IMG/VR virus record: IMGVR_UViG_651703002_000001
Coordinates: 32,001 to 96,000 of that record
Origin: a virus
Taxonomy: Duplodnaviria; Caudoviricetes
Length of the DNA: 64,000 nt
Direction: 5' to 3' (one strand)
The first letter of the stretch is position 1. The number at the start of each line of letters is the position of its first letter. Under the pieces are notes generated by a model. The model searched no databases and was not told where the DNA came from. It was given only the letters and a program-made list of their open reading frames with translations. The position numbers were made by a program, and so were the translations under genes. Below, piece by piece: positions 41,664-50,604 of the stretch.

Positions 41664-42465
41664 TTAATCAAAACCCCAATCTTTTTGTTTATCTTCACAT
41701 GGATCTTGTGGTTTATATTCAACCCATGGTGTAAATGGTGCAGTTGCTATAGGTAATCCAGTACCAATTATGGTATCAAAATCATCTATAAAATCTTCGG
41801 CTTCATCCGCAATGAAATCGTCTTCTTCATATTCGATTATTGATGTATCAACCCGCTTATCTAGATTTCTAATTGGATCCAATCCAGAATCCATAACAAA
41901 ATCAGAAGGATTAAATTCAGGTTTTGAGTTCTTCACCAGAATAAATAAATTTCTGAGCAGTTATTTTGTATTGTGTTTCCTGACCCATTTGGAAAAATGG
42001 GTTATTAGGTTCAACCCAAGTAACCTCAAAAATGGCATTATTCATAGGGAAATATATAAGATCGCCCTCCCGAGCTTTATCACCATCCGCCTGTCTATTA
42101 AACAACTCTGGGGAAATAGTGAATTGAGCTTCGTCATTAACACTCATACCGAATTTAGAAAAGAATTCCTGACGACCCTCATAACCTTCAAAGCTGTCAA
42201 GATACATTGCGACTCGATATGCCTTGTTGAATTTGGATTGCATATCCTCACCAAATAAAAGGTCTAGCTTTACAAACTCTCTCCGCATATAATAAACTTC
42301 AATACCTTTCATCTGTATAGATTCGGATATCAATTGTCTTGCAAATGCTTGAGAATATCCATATTGATAGTTGTTCATGTGGGGATTTAAAATTTCTTTC
42401 TTGTTTGTGTCGTCTTCGTATCCAGTACCGTTTTCAAGACGAGCAAAAAGATTTTCATTGAACAT
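41664..42465 (-). CDS. gp14: neck protein gp14 (frameshift near 41925)
   Basis: ESIQM.G, LFGED..SKF, FFSKFG, EGDLIYFP, KFIYSGE; acidic C-terminus in ORF 41664-41936. Confidence 0.9.
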
Positions 42466-42470
42466 AGTAA

Positions 42471-43391
42471 TTACCCCACAATGATCGCATCAGGACCAGA
42501 TAATGAAAGAAGTTCTTCTCTAAGTTTTTCGATTTCTTCTTTAGCTTCTTGAATTAAACGAACCCCGTCAACGGTTACGCCTCCCGGTAATTGCATACCC
42601 TGATGTTTAGCCAATATACTACCCCATATGTCTTTTACGAATGCAGTAGACATATCTTTAATCCATCGGTTGTCGTATACCTTTTGATCTGGGAAATCAT
42701 TTCTAGCTTCGCCTACAACCCATTCAGGAAGTTTGTTATATGGATTAGCCCATTTTTGTTCTAGGGTTGCATTATCACCAGAACCAATCGGGGTATATGA
42801 CCCAAAATTATTATATGCAAATTCATCAAGATCTACGAAGTTTTGAATATATACTTCAATAACAAGAACGTCACCTTTTTTGAAATTTTTACCAGATATC
42901 TGAAGAATACCCGCCTTGGTATCAAAATCATATTCTGGTAATGGGTTTAGCTGATCTTGTAACAGCTTCTGATATGAACTAAATTGTGCAAAATAACCAA
43001 CACTACCAATATTACCGAATGGGCTTGGTCCGTGATAACAAGAACCACCTGCCCCACTAATGCTCATAATAAATCCGGTGAACCAGTTAAGAGGAACACC
43101 ACCACCTAACAGGGTTGTATTTCCAACTTGAGATCTAAGGATTTTTGTCACGGCGAATATAGGATATTCACTCAAATCTATATATCCCGTTAGAGCTTGT
43201 TCCTCGGTCATTACGATGGTAATGAAGGCTCTATTAAGTGCATCATGATGATAATCTTTATACAGTTCTAGGGCACGGCCTATACTGTCATAAATTTGAG
43301 TTTCCGTTACTTCTACGTTGATTACAGGGGCACCCAACCGGCGCAGAATATTATCTTTCAATTCTCTTGGATTGTTACAGGTATTAAACAT
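42471..43391 (-). CDS. gp13: neck protein gp13
   Basis: NPRELKD.ILRRLGAP.INVEVT, KHQGMQLPGGVTVDG. Confidence 0.96.
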   Translation of the reverse strand: MFNTCNNPRELKDNILRRLGAPVINVEVTETQIYDSIGRALELYKDYHHDALNRAFITIVMTEEQALTGYIDLSEYPIFAVTKILRSQVGNTTLLGGGVPLNWFTGFIMSISGAGGSCYHGPSPFGNIGSVGYFAQFSSYQKLLQDQLNPLPEYDFDTKAGILQISGKNFKKGDVLVIEVYIQNFVDLDEFAYNNFGSYTPIGSGDNATLEQKWANPYNKLPEWVVGEARNDFPDQKVYDNRWIKDMSTAFVKDIWGSILAKHQGMQLPGGVTVDGVRLIQEAKEEIEKLREELLSLSGPDAIIVG

Positions 43392-43425
43392 TTTAGGATC
43401 CTTATTGTATTTCCTTTATTTAGAG

Positions 43426-43465
43426 AAAAGCCCCAATGCGTTTTTATTATGCATTGGGGCTTTTT
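43426..43465. terminator. terminator hairpin upstream of the gp13 promoter
   Basis: AAAAGCCCCAATGC...GCATTGGGGCTTTTT. Confidence 0.75.
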
Positions 43466-43466
43466 A

Positions 43467-43603
43467 TTAAGATTTTTTATTCTTTTCGATCTCTTCCTGA
43501 TTTTCAAGTTGTTTTTTTGTTAACATTTCTCCCACGCCTTTAACACTTGTGTCAGGACTTCCAGCCGATTTGTTCTAAAGAACAAAAGTATGCCGGTTTG
43601 CAT
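43467..43603 (-). CDS. possible small ORF (frame uncertain)
   Basis: SD AGGGG, ATG 43603; a second frame ends ...LENQEEIEKNKKS* at 43467. Confidence 0.3.
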
Positions 43604-43618
43604 TTTATAGCCCCCCTT

Positions 43619-45115
43619 TCAAGAAAGTTGTATTCTCGTAGTTCTGGTTGAGACTGTACCATAAGGGTTAATAAACGATGCAAAATAGAATATTGATAAA
43701 TCCGTTTCGGCAGTTATTCCTATAGATAATTGTTTTTGGTTCCTAACAATATTACCTCTAGAGTCGTGCCACTCAACCGAATCATATCTTTCCGCATCAA
43801 CGTCTATAACAACCGTATCACCTATATTTGCAATATATACCATATTAGGTTGAAGGGTTATTTTTGGAGCTACGGTACTCCACCACGTCACATCTCCCTC
43901 AATATCCAACTCAAGTTTTCCGTTGGTTGAGGTTAATTTATTATCGCCATTGTTTGATATATTAAAAAGATAACTAACGTCATCTAGAAATATTTCAAAT
44001 TGTTCAATTCTGATACCAGAACCGTTTTTACCAAACACGGTATTAAGTCCATTATCTAAACTTAAATACGGTTCGGTTATTCTTGCGTATACTTCACCGT
44101 TAACATATAACCTTATGTTATTGGCGAATCCATTATTAACATCAAACCAAACAGATATACCAATACTAATACTACGTGGTATATTATATTTTAGTTTACT
44201 TCGATGATAAATTCCATCCGGTGTTTTTACCCAAAATTCATTTTTAATCAGATCTATACCGATACCAGTAGAGACGTTACCAACGTCCTTAGACGCAATT
44301 GTAAGCTCATCTGCACTATCACTCAATATCAACCCACCAGATATCTTATGGGAGCGGTTAGCGACCATTAGAGGCTGATTAGCAACAAACCCAGCAGCCC
44401 TATTGAATATTATAGATTCGTTGGTAATGGTTTGTGGTGTTGGGTGATAATCAATGACTTTATTTGTAGTTGTTACTTGTGGTGAATCGAATGAGAAGTT
44501 ACCATTGGTATTATACCTAACACCTATACCAAAGTTAAATTGAATAACGCAATCTTGTTTAGCGGTAAATGTAGAATATATGCTAGTTCTTGTATTATTA
44601 ACCAATGGATGATCATCAAACTTTTTGGTAAATGTTAGATAATCTGATGAATCTTCCCCATTATCCATATAGATATCTGCTAATACTCCACTATGGACCA
44701 ATGTTTCATCGTTATTTCTAACCATAACACTTGCCGTATATACCTTATCTTTCTTAAGGGATAGTCTGGTTTGGAAAAATATTCTAGAATCTATTGCTCT
44801 AAAAGTGTATCCTCTGGTATTTTCATTATCTTGATTGAAATACATAGCGAATGCATTGTTTCCAGTGTTAAACGAGTTATTATAAATCGTATAACATGGT
44901 GGAACGTGTCCAATTTTCGTATTATTTGCATACATGTATATATCAGAACCATTCAACATTCTACTATTTGATAATAGGTTTTCTTCCCCAATATCATATG
45001 CTCTATGCCAAGCCCCTTTAGAAAAAACCCAAGGTACAGATCTATGCCAGTTATTATGAAAAATATTAGGTGTGGCGTCATGCGCCACACCCTCCTTATA
45101 AATTTTGGTAGCCAT
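43619..45115 (-). CDS. putative whisker-associated adhesin (CBM/lectin-like plus C-terminal Ig-like domain)
   Basis: Immediately after wac; ENLLSNS CBM-type start; C-terminal PKITLQP...G.TV.I.V......VEW...Y.A...NPYG Ig pattern. Confidence 0.6.
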   Translation of the reverse strand: MATKIYKEGVAHDATPNIFHNNWHRSVPWVFSKGAWHRAYDIGEENLLSNSRMLNGSDIYMYANNTKIGHVPPCYTIYNNSFNTGNNAFAMYFNQDNENTRGYTFRAIDSRIFFQTRLSLKKDKVYTASVMVRNNDETLVHSGVLADIYMDNGEDSSDYLTFTKKFDDHPLVNNTRTSIYSTFTAKQDCVIQFNFGIGVRYNTNGNFSFDSPQVTTTNKVIDYHPTPQTITNESIIFNRAAGFVANQPLMVANRSHKISGGLILSDSADELTIASKDVGNVSTGIGIDLIKNEFWVKTPDGIYHRSKLKYNIPRSISIGISVWFDVNNGFANNIRLYVNGEVYARITEPYLSLDNGLNTVFGKNGSGIRIEQFEIFLDDVSYLFNISNNGDNKLTSTNGKLELDIEGDVTWWSTVAPKITLQPNMVYIANIGDTVVIDVDAERYDSVEWHDSRGNIVRNQKQLSIGITAETDLSIFYFASFINPYGTVSTRTTRIQLS

Positions 45116-45126
45116 TAAAATATTCC

Positions 45127-48100
45127 TTAGTTAATGAACTCAAAGAACAAATCCCCTTCTTTCGGTGTAGCTGGTGCATCGGTTGCGAAATCACGGTAGT
45201 AATATGCGCGGGTCCATTCACCATCCTGTCTAACGTATTTATTCCCATCGTCAGGAGCCTCAAATTCATTTTTGGTAAGTATTTCATCACCATTTATGGT
45301 CATTTGAGTTGCGTTTACTCTTATAGGAACTGTAGAATCACCCAGTTGAATAAATTTCTCGATGGTAGGCTGAGAAATACTAAGCATATTAACCGACTGA
45401 CCTGAGATTGTTGTTGATATACCAAACGAGTTATTAGCTCCTACTTCGGTAATCTTCATTTGTGTAACTTTACCAGCAAACTCTAAGAATGTAGTATTGT
45501 CACCAATCTTCATCAACTTATCAACGCCAACAGTTTCAACTTTAGCAACGTCATATGTTCCGATCTTATATGCTTTTGTAGAGTTGATAACAACGTCTTT
45601 ATTGGGGTCCACACCATCATGGATTAGTGTCCATTGCTTCCCTTTCCGCGCATAGAAATTGGTATCGTTCGGCGCATCGTCTGCGTCAGTCCATACCTTA
45701 CTTGCACTACCAACCAAGCCAACATAAAGAGCACCGGTTGAGTAAACAGGAACTACGTTAGTTGCATCACCGATAACAAGAGAAGATGCACCGCGATCAA
45801 TTACACTACCCAGAGCCGTTGATATTTTTCTATTCAAAACAAAATCGTTTACAACACCTTCCAGTTTAACAAAGCCAGATGCCGCGCCGATATGAGTGGT
45901 TACACTTGCAGAATCTACAGATATCGCATTTACAACACCACCATTAGTGGTTGCTCTAATTGCAACGTTGGTTCCAAGTTGGATATCACGACCACCAACT
46001 TCTTGCCATGCACCAACACCATCGTCATTGACTCTTGCATAAGCTTTTCCTGATTGTGGAACTTCTGGAATATTTCCAGACCCACCAGATCCAGATGTAA
46101 TTACTTCCCATTGGTTATTTTTTCTTGCGTAAAAACTTCCATCGGAAGGTGCATCCATTCCTTGATGCCAAACCTTATAAAGAGTTGAAGCCGGTCCTTG
46201 TACATAGAAATCAGTGGATAATACGTTCTGTGCGTCTGCATCACCAAATATTATTTTATTTGAAGATTGAGAAACGACTGTACGTTCTGTATCTATTCCG
46301 ACATTAAACTTAATAGAACCCATGGGATCCAATACAAGTTTGTTGATATTGCTATCTATGGTCATAGTAGTTTGAGCAGAACCAAGAACAAAATCACTAC
46401 CAACCAGTTTTATAAAATCAGCGCCTGCATATCCAATTTTAGAATCTTGGTCTAAAGTAAAACCATTTTCTGGGTTTATGTCAGAAATATAACTGTTATA
46501 GTTACCAACGTGAAGAACTTCATATTCTCCATTACTAGTTAGGTATTTCAATGAAGAGTTATTTTTCCCACTGATAACGAAACTCTTATCCAGTTGACCA
46601 ACTGATACAGTTCTATCGGTAGATCCAAATAATATTTGTCCGAATTTTATAATATCAGAGGTTTGTTCTAGATATACGTTACCAATCAATTCTCCCAAGA
46701 CACGAACTTTAGTTGTTCCGTTATGTCCTATGGTAGGGATGTATTTCCCATCAGACCCAAGAGTGTAAGATAATACGTTAGTATCATCGGCAGCTTTTAT
46801 CTTATTATCTTCACCAAGTAGGAAATCAGTTTTAAATATGTTTCTCCAATCCCATTTAGTGCCGTCATATTCCCGCGCCCATGCAGAACGTGTTACCTGA
46901 TCTGTTGGGTTTGTCGCGTAGCCATTACCGGACTGATATTCTTGAAACATTCCGTCATACATTTCTTTTGAAGAAAGATAAACACCTTTCTTAACAAAAT
47001 CCACATCGGATGGCTTTTTAGAACCTTCCATCTTAACGTATAAACCTGTATTTGGATCCGAAACCGTTTTCTGAAGGTCTGAGATTGCAGTTCTATATTC
47101 AACGTTTACTGTTTCAGTCAGATTACCAACCCTATTATCCAAATCAGTAAAATGACCAGCTTCTCTTATATCAATAGCCCCAACTTTACCTTGCAAACCA
47201 TCAAGTGGACTGGCTCCCAATATAATTTCGTTTGTGGCGACTCGAAGACCCAGATCATTTATTTTCCCCCAAGCGGAAGGATTCAGAGTGGAATCGGCAG
47301 GAGATCCCAATGACCGGTCAATATCATCGATCTTGTTGGCGCTCTGCTTAGTTATATCTGCGATATAATCGATATCTTTCTTATTATTCTTAGAATAATC
47401 TATTAGTGTATCTATATCGATGTATGTCTCTGTTTCAACATCAAGATATTGCAGCGGAAATTCATCTAAACCTGTATGAGTTACTAGATTTTCAACAATC
47501 GGTGTATTAGTTTCTTCAGAGGATTCTAAACTATCGATTCGATTATATATCGTTTCCGGATTACCATTCGAATCACCCAATTCACTTCTTATTTGGTTAA
47601 CTTCTTCCATCAAAGACGCTGGGGTTGAATCGTCCCACCATTTTTCAAGAGCGGTAATTCTAGAGCCTTGGTTAACTAAAGAATTATAATTTCGCTCCAC
47701 TTGACCCTTAACACCATTGGCAGTAACGCCGGGGGCGGGATCCCCATCTATATTAAAATCGGTATAATTACCAATCATTCTTTTAATATGGAGATCGTCT
47801 TCCCTTAGAGTTCTATATCTCATAGAGGGATCGCCAACACCAATATTATCGGATATAGATTTTATCTTGACTTCAGTAACGGTATCAACATCCTTTAGGA
47901 TGGTTATTTCATTACTATGGGTTGTAGTAATGTCTTCTAACGCATCTACACGCTCATATAAATCAAGCCCATCACCCGAGTTTATAATCTCGTCATGTAT
48001 ATTGACTTTAGTTATAATCTCATTAACAGTCTCTAACATAGTATCTTGGTTTTTATCCAAAATATCTACGTTAGTTGATACTTGTACGGATGTTCTATTA

Positions 48101-48252
48101 ATAACACCACTTTTATCACCAACTATAGTTGGGTCTGCACCTACTGAACGTTCCCCATTTTTAACCCAGTCGATTTGTTGCTGACCGGAGCCAGCAACAG
48201 GAACTTCTGTGGTATATTTAAGATCGTCTAATATTGGTTTAATAATTTCCAT
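45127..48252 (-). CDS. wac: fibritin (whisker), extended, ~1040 aa
   Basis: QQQI.WVKNGE...A, G..NR..VQV..N, heptad coiled coil, foldon motifs (EAPDDGNKYVRQDGEW); start moved to ATG 48252. Confidence 0.9.
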   Translation of the reverse strand: MEIIKPILDDLKYTTEVPVAGSGQQQIDWVKNGERSVGADPTIVGDKSGVINRTSVQVSTNVDILDKNQDTMLETVNEIITKVNIHDEIINSGDGLDLYERVDALEDITTTHSNEITILKDVDTVTEVKIKSISDNIGVGDPSMRYRTLREDDLHIKRMIGNYTDFNIDGDPAPGVTANGVKGQVERNYNSLVNQGSRITALEKWWDDSTPASLMEEVNQIRSELGDSNGNPETIYNRIDSLESSEETNTPIVENLVTHTGLDEFPLQYLDVETETYIDIDTLIDYSKNNKKDIDYIADITKQSANKIDDIDRSLGSPADSTLNPSAWGKINDLGLRVATNEIILGASPLDGLQGKVGAIDIREAGHFTDLDNRVGNLTETVNVEYRTAISDLQKTVSDPNTGLYVKMEGSKKPSDVDFVKKGVYLSSKEMYDGMFQEYQSGNGYATNPTDQVTRSAWAREYDGTKWDWRNIFKTDFLLGEDNKIKAADDTNVLSYTLGSDGKYIPTIGHNGTTKVRVLGELIGNVYLEQTSDIIKFGQILFGSTDRTVSVGQLDKSFVISGKNNSSLKYLTSNGEYEVLHVGNYNSYISDINPENGFTLDQDSKIGYAGADFIKLVGSDFVLGSAQTTMTIDSNINKLVLDPMGSIKFNVGIDTERTVVSQSSNKIIFGDADAQNVLSTDFYVQGPASTLYKVWHQGMDAPSDGSFYARKNNQWEVITSGSGGSGNIPEVPQSGKAYARVNDDGVGAWQEVGGRDIQLGTNVAIRATTNGGVVNAISVDSASVTTHIGAASGFVKLEGVVNDFVLNRKISTALGSVIDRGASSLVIGDATNVVPVYSTGALYVGLVGSASKVWTDADDAPNDTNFYARKGKQWTLIHDGVDPNKDVVINSTKAYKIGTYDVAKVETVGVDKLMKIGDNTTFLEFAGKVTQMKITEVGANNSFGISTTISGQSVNMLSISQPTIEKFIQLGDSTVPIRVNATQMTINGDEILTKNEFEAPDDGNKYVRQDGEWTRAYYYRDFATDAPATPKEGDLFFEFIN

Positions 48253-48263
48253 CAGGATTCCCT

Positions 48264-48295
48264 TATTTATATAAATCACTACTTTAGTATTTAGG
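48264..48295 (-). promoter_or_regulatory. tandem late promoters (CCTAAATA and TATAAATA) for wac
   Basis: TATTTATA 48264-48271 and TATTTAGG 48288-48295 on the plus strand. Confidence 0.7.
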
Positions 48296-49637
48296 CTTGC
48301 GCATACACATCCTTATATCCATATACTCTCCACAATCTTGAGTTTTCTGAGGAAGTAAAGAATGTTCTTCCATCTGAACCAAATTTACCCATCCAATATA
48401 TTCCATCGGTTGAAAATACAAAGTAATTCACACGTTGTTGAAGTAGAGTTAATTCGGTTTTATCAAATGATTTTGTCACAAACCCATATTGATCATCTCC
48501 GGACCCTTCAAATATAATACCATCATAATTATCCCAACGATCATTTAATGAAAAGTTTCCGTTGGGTAGACCACCATTATAATTGAATAGTTGAGTAAGA
48601 ACCCGATTTGTCTTTTTAAATAAAGAACCATTGACAATTCTATTATTTATTTGAGTTTGAAGATTCGCATCCGCGCCATCAACATAATCTTTTCTTGTCA
48701 AAGCATTGGGATCTAACGATTGTGCTACGTTACTCCACATACCGTTCGCAGATATAGGAGCAGATATAGCCCCACCGGTAATCTTAGAAAGAAGGTTTGT
48801 TGCACCGTGGGCAGACAAAGCCTTATTGGTTGCCCCTGATTGAACCACGTCTAGAAGCGCTGTAATGCCGTATTGAGACGATGAAGCTATTGGTAGGGTA
48901 GCAGGACTAAGGGCAACATCGGTTGCTGTACGTGCGTTTGCTTGCGCCTGTGTAGCCATCACAACAGTACCGACCCTTGACTGGGTAGCTCTGGTTTCTA
49001 TAAATCCTTTCGGACTAACCGCAACCCCAACATGTAGGGCAGAATTTATAACTGGACTTGGGGATATTTTAACAACCCCATTTGTTGTTTCGGTTGCGGC
49101 GGCGGGGTTAGTGGTGATTGCAAATGTATCGATCATTGCCTTTACTACAAGCGGAGTTGTTACAGTTGTATTATCTGTACCAATTTGTCCAATTGCGGTA
49201 GTGGATAATTTAACCGATCCATTTTTGGTAGTAGTACCTAATGATTTGTTTCTTACAATATCCCATACACCGGCGGTATTCATACCAATAGAAACACTGG
49301 CAGACGCTTCAGCTCGTTCAGCTACGGTCGCGTATCTAACCAAACCCTTTACGGTATCAGATGCATCTGGTCTTATCCATTTAGCCTGTAATGTGGCTGG
49401 GGTTACAGTTGCATCAGTAACCATTCCCGCTAACACTTCAGCCTCGGTTGCTATTCTCAAAATACCCATTTTTGTGGTACTTGCTTTCATACTCTCATAT
49501 GTACCAATAGCATGAGGCTGAATAAGATTTGCCATCTTTTGTACATCAGTTGTATTAGATGGAAAATTAGTAGAGCTAGGATCTAGCTCCACCGATTCCG
49601 CTTTAGAACTGATATGTTGTTCTGTATTGTTTAACAT
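48291..49637 (-). CDS. gp12: short tail fiber gp12
   Basis: NNT..HIS..A..V..DP..TNFP...TDVQ; ATET.NG repeats. Confidence 0.92.
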   Translation of the reverse strand: MLNNTEQHISSKAESVELDPSSTNFPSNTTDVQKMANLIQPHAIGTYESMKASTTKMGILRIATEAEVLAGMVTDATVTPATLQAKWIRPDASDTVKGLVRYATVAERAEASASVSIGMNTAGVWDIVRNKSLGTTTKNGSVKLSTTAIGQIGTDNTTVTTPLVVKAMIDTFAITTNPAAATETTNGVVKISPSPVINSALHVGVAVSPKGFIETRATQSRVGTVVMATQAQANARTATDVALSPATLPIASSSQYGITALLDVVQSGATNKALSAHGATNLLSKITGGAISAPISANGMWSNVAQSLDPNALTRKDYVDGADANLQTQINNRIVNGSLFKKTNRVLTQLFNYNGGLPNGNFSLNDRWDNYDGIIFEGSGDDQYGFVTKSFDKTELTLLQQRVNYFVFSTDGIYWMGKFGSDGRTFFTSSENSRLWRVYGYKDVYAQA

Positions 49638-50604
49638 TTATCCAATCCTTTTCCAGTAATATAATTTTACTACGCTGGTATCATTCGCGGTTTTATCTTC
49701 CGATAAAAACATATTCCAATATCCATACCCATATCTAGCAGGAGATCCGACCGACCAATCCATATTCATACCGTATTGGCTCCATGGCTCTGGGGTATGA
49801 TCTCGCATATCTCGATAAGCAAAAGTTAATTGTATCTGTTCCTAAAGGGACCACATCACGAACATATAGATCATTAGTTTGGAAATCCAATAGCATTTCT
49901 AACGTTGCGTCACGGACCGCAGTTGCACTAGAACCATCGGGAACTGTAACTCTACGCCCAAATATATCAAGAATAGCTACATCACCAGCGTTTGGTGAAC
50001 TAACTAAACCAGAAAAAACAAGGGTATCTAATTGAGGGGAACCGCCGGGGTCGGTATTATCAGTATTAATGATTATACTATTAACATTCAAACGTCCAAC
50101 ATAAGCCGCATCAGATATTGCATTTTGTACGGTAGGAAAATCTACATGTTTTGTAATATCCTGTAGTGTTGCGTTTCCGATATTCCAACAACCGAAAGTG
50201 TATCCATTACGGGTTTGTATAAATTCATGATCCGTGGATTTACGTGATCGAATCTTAGAACCATCACGCGCCCTTGTGGGTTTTCCGCTGGTTCTTCCAT
50301 CAAATACGGTTGCACTGGCTACGTCAGATTCTACCGTTGATGTAACTGCCCCTAGAGGATTCAATTCCTCAATTACTACTTTGTATTTGGTTTTTCCATA
50401 TGCCAAATTGGTAGGTGTTATTTTTAGATTATCAGTTGCAGCCGTTGGGTCGGCTACAACTGTCCAAGATATACCATCATTAGAAGAACTCCATTCATAC
50501 CGAACAGTATATTCCGGCAAATCTGAAGAAGCTAATACACTGAATTGGTAAGCACTTCCCGAGTAGTATGTAACATTACTCGGCTGTTTATAAATATTTA
50601 TCAT
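49638..50604 (-). CDS. gp11: baseplate wedge gp11 with N-terminal Ig-like domain (frameshifts near 49730-49820)
   Basis: SR...F, IG..T......FPTVQ.AI.D, II.N.....P.G; the C-terminus GYGYW...LYYWKRIG* ends 49638 in another frame. Confidence 0.82.

Noticed and set aside
45096-45293. Read-through or frameshift fusion of wac with the next gene
   Set aside because: Genes are out of frame, the downstream gene has its own SD (AAGGA), and the bridging 65-aa frame ends in a stop
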